In this document: positions 57,399 through 64,000 of the stretch, piece by piece | How the letters are laid out: each line of letters opens with the position of its first letter | Position numbering within the stretch: position 1 is the stretch's first letter | Assembly: GCA_963785725.1 (NCBI GenBank) | Contig: CAWAWS010000002.1 | Coordinates: 265,703 to 329,702, forward strand | DNA: 64,000 nt | Direction of reading: 5' to 3' | Source: an uncultured delta proteobacterium | GTDB lineage: Bacteria > Myxococcota_A > Polyangia > Palsa-1104 | The notes under the pieces: generated by a model | The model's database searches: none | What the model was told of the DNA's origin: nothing | The model's input: the letters and a program-made list of their open reading frames with translations, nothing else | Position numbers and translations under genes: made by a program

Positions 57399-60255
57399 TC
57401 AGCTGGCGATGTCGTCGACGACGACTTCGCTGTCATTGGCATCGGCGTCGGTCAAGGATGCGCTCGCGGTCTTGGGCGGCGGCGGCGCCATCGGCACCAT
57501 CGTGTCGACGAGCGCGCCGTCCACGAGCGACCACAGCGCCGTCCGCGCGTACTGCACGCCTTCGGCCGGCGGCGCGCCCGTCAGCGCTGCGATGACCTCG
57601 ACCGGCCGCGCGCCGCCTTCGTTGTCGAGCTTGGTGCGCCAGACGACGATGGCGCCGCTGTCGACCCAGCCGAGCGTCTTGCGCAGCTCGGCCGCTTCCG
57701 CGCCGTCGACCAAGCGCGCGCCGTCGAGGTGGTGGGCGACGTCGATGCTGCGCGTCAGGCCGCGCTCGCCCGTGCGCGTGACCGTCAGGCCTTCGGTCCG
57801 CAGCGCGTCCGGCGCCGTCGGCAGCCAGGCCGCGAACTCGGCGCGCGCCAGCCGCTTCGAGATGGCCGGCTCGTTGAGCCCGAGACGACGCGCCGCCGAG
57901 ATGACCATGCCGTCGGGCGCCGCCGCGTTCAGCCGCGCCTCCAGCTCCGTCGCGTCGCCGTCGTAGTCGATGCGCACGTCGAACACGTCGGCCAACGCCG
58001 CCACGCCGAGGCCGAGCGCGGGCGCGAACATCAGCTGCGGCTTCGGATGAAACCCCTTCGAATAGATCGGCTCGACGCGCGCCCGGCGAAACAGGCGCAT
58101 CAGGAGCCGCATCGTGTCGAGGTGCGAGATGAACGCCGTCCGCCCGACCTTCGCATAGCGAATCCGCCAGCGCACACCTTCGTTCTGCGCGAAGCCGACC
58201 GGCGCCTGACGCTGGCCGCGACCGAGCTTGCGCGGCACCGGCGCCGGCGCGACGTATTCCGGCGCGGCCGTCGTGGCGGTCGTGTCGACGCCGACGAGCG
58301 CGCCGTCGGCGTTGACCACCGGCAGCCGCTTGGGCGCGTGCGCGTCCAGCTTGCGCAAGGCGACGAGCCGCTCGGACTTCATCTGCGTCAGGTCGCAGGC
58401 GATGCCGCAGTCGAAGCAGACGAGCTTGCGCGTGTCGCTCTCGGCCTCCTCGATCGTGCGCGGATGGAGCAGCGTGCCCTTCGGCTTACCGCAGGGCGGG
58501 CTGACGCGGTCTTTGAGCGCGCGCCGATATTCCCAGGCCAAGAAGCCTTCGGTCGAGCCCGATGTCGAGGTGATCCCAAGGCAGACGCGCATCGACCGGA
58601 CGCGTCGACAGGTACAGCTCGCGCACCACGCCGGCGTCGTCGAGCGCGCGATTCCAGCGCTCGAGCGAGAAGTGCTCGTCCCAGCCGCAGAAGCGCCCGC
58701 CGTCTTTCCACACGGCCTCGATGACGTCGCCGAGCCGGCGATCGCCGCGCGACAAGATGCCTTCGACATGGCTGACGCCGACGTCGTGATGCTTGAGCGT
58801 GACGCGCTCGTCGCGGGCGTGATCGCGCAGGATCTTCTGCTTGCGCTCGAGCTCCTCCATCGAGTCCATGGCGCACCACTGGAACGGCGTGTGCGGCTTG
58901 GGCACGTGCGAGCTCACCGAGACCGTGACGTCGGCGTCGCTGCGCAGCTTCTTGCCGCGCCGCTTCAAGCGGCCGCCGGTCTGCACGATGCCGACGACGT
59001 CTTCGTCCGTCTCCGTCGGCAGGCCGATCATGAAGTAGCACTTCATCCGCGACCAGCCGCGCGCGAAGATCTTGTCCGCCGACGCGCCGATGTCCTCTTC
59101 GGTGACGTTCTTGTTGATGACGTCGCGCATGCGCTGCGTGCCGGCTTCGGGCGCGAACGTCAGCCCCGTCGCGCGCACGCTCGACATTTCGTCGAGCAGC
59201 TCTTCGTTCAAGCCGTAGGCGCGCAGCGAAGAGACCGAGAGCGTCGTCTGCTCCTTCTTCAGCTCGGCCATGACGCGCTTGACGAGCGGCGTGATGCAGC
59301 TGACGTCGGCCGTCGACAGCGCCGTCAGCGACGTCTCGTCGTAGCCGCCCTTCTTCACGCCTTCGACGACGCTCCGCACGATGGAATCGGGATCGCGCTC
59401 GCGCACCGGGCGATAGATCATGCCCGCCTGACAGAAGCGGCAGCCTTCGGTGCAGCCGCGCGCGATCTCGACCGACACGCGATCGAACACCGCCTCGGCA
59501 TACGGCACCGGCGTGTCGGTCGGAAACGGAAACAGGTCGAGATCTTTGACCCACACGCGCTCGACGGTACGCGGCACGCGCTTGTCGACGGTGTCGACGA
59601 CCACCTCAAGCTCGGTGCGCGGATCGACCGCCGTCACGTACAGCGACGGCACGTAGACACCGCCGCGCGCCGCCAGCCGAATCAGCCGCTCTTTGCGCGA
59701 CAGCCCCTGCTGCTTGAGCCGCGCCCAGGTCAAGAGCAGCTCGGGCAGCACCTCCTCGGCCTCGCCGATCAAGAACGCGTCGAAGAAGGTCGCCACCGGC
59801 TCGGGATGCGTCGCCACCGGACCGCCGCCGAGAACCAGCGGCGCGTCCTCGCCGCGGTCGGCCGCGCGCAGCGGCACGCCGCCCAAGTCGAGCAGGGTGA
59901 GCACGTTCGTGTACGTCATCTCGTACTGCAGCGAGATGCCGATGACGTCGAAGTCCGACAGCGGCCGCGCGCTCTCCAGCGTCACCAGCGGCAGGTTGCG
60001 CGCGCGCAGCTCGGCTTCCATGTCGACCCACGGCGTGAACGCCCGCTCGCAGGCGATGCGCGGCGACTTGTTCAGCAGCGAATAGAGGATCTTGGTCCCG
60101 AGATGCGACATCCCGATGTCGTAGACGTCGGGAAACGCGAGCGCGATGCGGACATCGACCGCGCTCCAGTCCTTGTGCACCGACTGGTACTCGCCGCCCA
60201 GATAGCGCGCCGGCTTTTCCACGCGGCCCACGAAAGAAGCGTAGGGATGCTGCAT
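57399..60255 (-). CDS. TIGR03960 B12-binding radical SAM protein fused to TIGR03936/DUF2344 domain; frameshift near 58555
   Basis: VEKPARYLGGE, FPDVYDIGMSHLG, RGCTEGCRFCQAG, TFAPEAG, YFMIGLPTE, PKPHTPFQW, LPWDH; then CFDCGIAC, FISHLD, YSKGFHPKP. Confidence 0.9.
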
Positions 60256-60264
60256 GACTGCGAC

Positions 60265-60293
60265 GGGTTACGCCCCAATTGGGCGCTTGTCAA
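60265..60293 (-). promoter_or_regulatory. Putative sigma-70 promoter of the radical SAM fusion gene
   Basis: TTGACA-N17-TAACCC; the spacer contains a near-palindrome CGCCCAATTGGGGCG. Confidence 0.45.
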
Positions 60294-60382
60294 GGACGGG
60301 CCGGCCCTGATGTGGGAGGTTCGACGTGCAGACTTCGTTCGACAACTGACGCAAGTCGCCAGTCGTCATGCAACTATTGGTG

Positions 60383-61321
60383 TTATATCGGCTTTTTGGC
60401 GGTCGATCGCGGGCGTTTGGCCGCGCGTGAGGCGGCGGCCGCGGTCGCCGGCTGTGGTTTCGCCTTCGTAACGCGGGCCGCCGTGCGCGGCAGCTTGGCG
60501 CGCGACTTGGCCTTCGTCGCGACCGGCGCGGCGTCGGCCGGCGCGCGCGCGCGATCGCCGCAGGCGAACACCTGCCGCGAGACTTCGCGCGCCGCGTGCT
60601 CCTGCGCGCGCCGGCGCGGGTGCGCGGTCGGCAGCGCCAGCCGCGCCGCCTCTTCCGGCGTGTCGGCCATGAGCAAGAGGTCGAGATCGGCGGACGCGAC
60701 CTTACCGCCGGGCAGCACGGTGTCGCGCAGCCAATCGATCATGCCTTGCCAATAGCGACGGCCATACAGAACCACCGGGAAGTTGTGGATTTTGCCCGTC
60801 TGAATCAGCACCAGCGACTCGAACAGCTCGTCCAGCGTGCCGAAGCCGCCCGGGAAAATGATGAACGCTTGGCTGTACTTGACCAGCATCGTCTTGCGCA
60901 CGAAGAAGTAGCGAAAGTCGATCGAGTAGTCGACGTAAGGATTCACGTGCTGCTCGTAAGGCAGCTCGATGTTGAGGCCGACCGAGCCGGCGCCGGCCTC
61001 GCGCGCGCCGCGATTGGCCGCCTCCATGATTCCGGGGCCGCCGCCGCTGATGATGGTGTAGCCGGCTTTGCCGATGAGCGCGGCCGTCTTGCGCGCGGCT
61101 TGATATTCGGGATCGCTCTCGACGGTGCGCGCCGAGCCGAAGATGGTGACGGCGGGGCCGACGTCGGCGAGCGCGTCGAAGCCCGAGACGAACTCGCCCA
61201 TGATGCGCAGGACGCGCCACGGATCGGTCGTCGTGAAGTCGAGCGACTCGGCGGGCGTCGCGAGCAGGTGCGCGTCGGCGGTCGGACGCCCGTTGTTGGC
61301 GGGGAATTTGCGTTTCTTCAT
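60383..61321 (-). CDS. LOG family (TIGR00730) nucleotide phosphoribohydrolase with basic C-terminal tail
   Basis: WRVLRIMGEF, FGSAR, GGGPGIMEAANRGA, FFVRK, PGGFGTLDE. Confidence 0.92.
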   Translation of the reverse strand: MKKRKFPANNGRPTADAHLLATPAESLDFTTTDPWRVLRIMGEFVSGFDALADVGPAVTIFGSARTVESDPEYQAARKTAALIGKAGYTIISGGGPGIMEAANRGAREAGAGSVGLNIELPYEQHVNPYVDYSIDFRYFFVRKTMLVKYSQAFIIFPGGFGTLDELFESLVLIQTGKIHNFPVVLYGRRYWQGMIDWLRDTVLPGGKVASADLDLLLMADTPEEAARLALPTAHPRRRAQEHAAREVSRQVFACGDRARAPADAAPVATKAKSRAKLPRTAARVTKAKPQPATAAAASRAAKRPRSTAKKPI

Positions 61322-62151
61322 ACGGCGGAACCTTCCTCGAGCGGCGAGAGTTGCACCTCGGCGAAGAGGCCGAAGTGATCGGACGGCAGCGCGCCGTCGG
61401 CGGCGGCGCGATCGAGCACGATGCGGCAGTCGTGGACGACGCCACGGCCGTCGCGCTTCATGGTGCTGACGAAGATGTAGTCGAGACGGCGATCGCGCTC
61501 GAGCCAGCGCAGCCGCGCGGTGTAGGGGTTGGCGTGCGACCACGTGAAGCCGTCTTCACGGCCGTGGCGGCGCTCCCACGCGTCCTGCCAGAACGTGCGG
61601 CGGCCGCCGGACGTGTGGAGGCCGCGCAGGAAGCGGATCTCGTCGGAGTCGGGCGTGGCGTTGAAGTCGCCCGTCCAAATCTTGGGCATGTCCGATTGCG
61701 AGCGGGCGATGATCTCGTCGGCCGCGAGCACCTGATCTTCGCGCTTGCCGCCGTCGGTGAGCCGATAATTGAGGTGCGTCGTGTAGCACTCGACGGCGCC
61801 TTCGGGCGTCGCGATCGTCGCCGACAACAAGAGGCGGCGCTCGGTGGGCACGGCGTGCGGCAGCTCGTGGGCATCGCGCGCGACAATCGGAAAGCGCGAC
61901 AGAATCGCCAGCCCCTCGTCGCCGCCGCCCCACGGCGTCGCCGCCGCGTAGTGCCACTGCCATTCGGGGCCGAGGCCGCGCGCCAGCGTCTCCGCTTGGT
62001 TCTCGACGGTGCCCGGCACTTGCCGCACTTCCTGCAGGCCGATGACGTCGGGCGCCAGCGCGCGCAGCCCCTCCAAGCCCAGCTGCATGCGACGAGCGAG
62101 CGGCGGCTGCTCGCCCCACAAGTTGAGCGTCACGATCTTGAGCGTGGCCAT
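61318..62151 (-). CDS. Endonuclease/exonuclease/phosphatase family protein
   Basis: TLNLW, DVIGLQEV, THL, GDFNA, RLDYIF, SDH. Confidence 0.9.
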   Translation of the reverse strand: MATLKIVTLNLWGEQPPLARRMQLGLEGLRALAPDVIGLQEVRQVPGTVENQAETLARGLGPEWQWHYAAATPWGGGDEGLAILSRFPIVARDAHELPHAVPTERRLLLSATIATPEGAVECYTTHLNYRLTDGGKREDQVLAADEIIARSQSDMPKIWTGDFNATPDSDEIRFLRGLHTSGGRRTFWQDAWERRHGREDGFTWSHANPYTARLRWLERDRRLDYIFVSTMKRDGRGVVHDCRIVLDRAAADGALPSDHFGLFAEVQLSPLEEGSAV

Positions 62152-62198
62152 GGGCGGCGATGATACGCACGAGCCGCGGCCCTCGCCAGTAGGCGCCG

Positions 62199-63662
62199 TT
62201 AATCGGCGACGACGAGCGCGCGCGCCATCGCCTGCTGGCGCCACAGCACCCAGGCGGGCACGAGCACGCCGACAATCCCCGCCAACACCATGAAGGTCGT
62301 CACGAAGTGACCGTGCGCTTGGTTCTGGTACACCGTAATCGCGACCGCCTGCTGCCCGACGAGGTGCACCGCGACGGCGACGATGAACGCGAGGCGCCCC
62401 GCCGGCGAGCGATACCGCGTCCCCGCGAACAGCACGTACACCGGCAGCGTCAGCGCCAAGAGCGCCGTCCAACCGACCGACACCATCGAGACGCGATCGA
62501 TCCAGTCGCGGCCGAAGTGAACGAGGATGAGCGTCGCCCACAGGCCTTGCATCAGCCACATGATCCGATGCGGCGCGGCGTCGTCATCCCGCCAGCTCGG
62601 GCGGCGGCCGCGACGGCGCGCGATCGCCCACGCCTCGAACGTCGGCGTCGCTTGCAGGCCCAGCTGCGCGATGAGCGGCACCAAGAACAGCGTGGCGATC
62701 CACGCGCTGTCACGGTCGAAGCGGCTGCGGCTGCCGACGTAGGGCAAGAGCACGGCGGAGACCACGAGCACGAACAGCCCCAAAGCCTGGTTCTTCGACA
62801 AGAGCGACAGCTGCGGCGCCGCCAACTTTCGACAGGCCGCGCGCAAGAGCAGCACGCCCAGCGCCAGCGACACGACGAACGACTGCAACGCCACGAAAGA
62901 GTAGCTGTCCGAGCTGATCGCGTCCTCATAACCGGGGTGCCAGCCGACGAGGCGCAGCCACAGCGTCTCCTCCGACTGCCACAACGCCGAGAGTCCGCCC
63001 GCCGGATGCCACATCGCCCAGTGGTACACGCCCGGCGCGGCGGCCATCGAGCCGGTCGTCAGGCCCAAGATCGCGAGCACCGCCGCGACCCCGAGCGCCA
63101 GCAGCGCGCCGGCCGACTCCTGCTTCGGCGCCAACGCGAAGCACAGCCCGACCGCGCACGACGTCGCCGTGCCGACGACGAGGAGACCGAGCGTGCCCGC
63201 GAGCAGCGACAGCGGCGCCGGCCCGCTCAACGTGGCGACGACGACCACCGCCAACGGCCCGGCGCACAAGAGGTACAGTCGCGCCGGCACGCCGACGATG
63301 AAGCCGAGCGCCAGCTGCAGCGACGACAGCGGCGTCGTGCGCAGCTGATCGAGCGTGCCCGCGCGCCGCTCTTGCGCCACCGCCGTCGCCACCATCGCCG
63401 GCGCCACGACGAAGCAGGCCAACGCCAACAACAGCCCGCACAAGACGTTGGCGAGCCCGAGCGTCGTCCACTGCGGCAGCGGGATCTCGACGTGATAGAT
63501 CCGGAAGCGATCGAGATCCTCGGCGCGCGAGATGGGCGCGATCCAGGCCGCCAGCGCCAAGGTCAGCGCCGTCAAGATGCCCGAGTAGATGACGAAGGCG
63601 AACGCCTGTCCGCGGCGCGCGCCGCGCTGTGAGAACGCCGTCACTGCCGTCGCTAGGCTCAT
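62199..63662 (-). CDS. ABC transporter permease-like membrane protein
   Basis: AVAQERRAGTLDQLRTTPLS ABC-2 motif; many TM segments. Confidence 0.8.
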   Translation of the reverse strand: MSLATAVTAFSQRGARRGQAFAFVIYSGILTALTLALAAWIAPISRAEDLDRFRIYHVEIPLPQWTTLGLANVLCGLLLALACFVVAPAMVATAVAQERRAGTLDQLRTTPLSSLQLALGFIVGVPARLYLLCAGPLAVVVVATLSGPAPLSLLAGTLGLLVVGTATSCAVGLCFALAPKQESAGALLALGVAAVLAILGLTTGSMAAAPGVYHWAMWHPAGGLSALWQSEETLWLRLVGWHPGYEDAISSDSYSFVALQSFVVSLALGVLLLRAACRKLAAPQLSLLSKNQALGLFVLVVSAVLLPYVGSRSRFDRDSAWIATLFLVPLIAQLGLQATPTFEAWAIARRRGRRPSWRDDDAAPHRIMWLMQGLWATLILVHFGRDWIDRVSMVSVGWTALLALTLPVYVLFAGTRYRSPAGRLAFIVAVAVHLVGQQAVAITVYQNQAHGHFVTTFMVLAGIVGVLVPAWVLWRQQAMARALVVAD

Positions 63663-63840
63663 TTAGGCCACCTCCGTCGCGGCGCTTTGCCGGTACATCG
63701 CTTCCAACGCCGATTCGCGCGGCGCCACCTCGGCCACCCGCGCGCCGCGCAGCACGAGCGCTTCCACGAGCTCCGCGACGGTGTCGGCGCCGCCGTCGAT
63801 CTCGATCTCGAAGCGGCCCGGCGTCGTGACGCCACCGTCA
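63663..63840 (-). CDS. 3' fragment of an ABC-2 ATP-binding protein, truncated at the compositional junction
   Basis: ...GRFEIEIDGGADTVAELVEALVLRGARVAEVAPRESALEAMYRQSAATEVA*; TAA directly precedes the permease ATG; the frame hits a stop inside the AT-rich segment. Confidence 0.65.
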
Positions 63841-64000
63841 AGGAGGTGAGTGGGAATTGGCTTGTTTGCTTCCTTTTATTCATTTACTCGTGCCGTTTGG
63901 ACATTCCATAGCAATGTGTAAGCAAGTGTACAGATTTGAAAGTAGTACCGGTTTTTTTTTTTCCATCTTTTAAGAAGGGGAAAATGTTTTCCCCACCCGT
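63841..64000. other. AT-rich non-native segment (possible chimera, contaminant or insertion)
   Basis: Abrupt loss of GC richness and CpG, 11-T homopolymer, AG|GTGAGT near the junction, GGGGAAAA-TG-TTTTCCCC inverted repeat. Confidence 0.7.

Noticed and set aside
63659..63911. ORFs 63659-63883 (-) and 63687-63911 (+) from the track
   Set aside because: Both span the compositional junction and are out of frame with the real ABC ATPase C-terminus.

Overview
High-GC bacterial DNA, most likely from Myxococcota (Polyangia/Haliangiales-like). The lineage call is an inference from a TIGR02266 PilZ-like domain, MYXO-CTERM tails, an AgmX/PglI-type C-terminal domain and PEGA-domain Ser/Thr kinases. The window holds about 55 protein-coding genes, mostly housekeeping or envelope-related. 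They include an Fe-S/CCG oxidoreductase, two GMC oxidoreductases, SlyD, PPK2, YyaL, an RluA-family synthase, ABC-2 transporters, a heme-copper oxidase cluster, two Ser/Thr kinases, two B12-type radical SAM genes, a LOG-family protein and an EEP-family protein. No rRNA, tRNA, CRISPR array, transposase or integrase was recognised. The best candidate for an undescribed system is a translationally coupled three-gene surface operon at 40789-49993 on the minus strand. It encodes a TraB-like beta-barrel/TSP3/OmpA protein, a 1394-aa VWA plus Cys-rich MYXO-CTERM adhesin, and a 995-aa Cys-rich lipoprotein ending in an FGE/C-type-lectin-fold domain. Other points of interest are a lower-GC capsule-export islet, a CoxIII-diheme cytochrome c fusion in a convergently split oxidase cluster, a receptor kinase coupled to an orphan DctP, and pervasive leaderless-type promoters. 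Single-base frameshifts become frequent towards the right end and are probably read errors. The last ~160 bp switch abruptly to AT-rich, non-native-looking sequence. All family assignments come from motif recognition by eye, not database searches.
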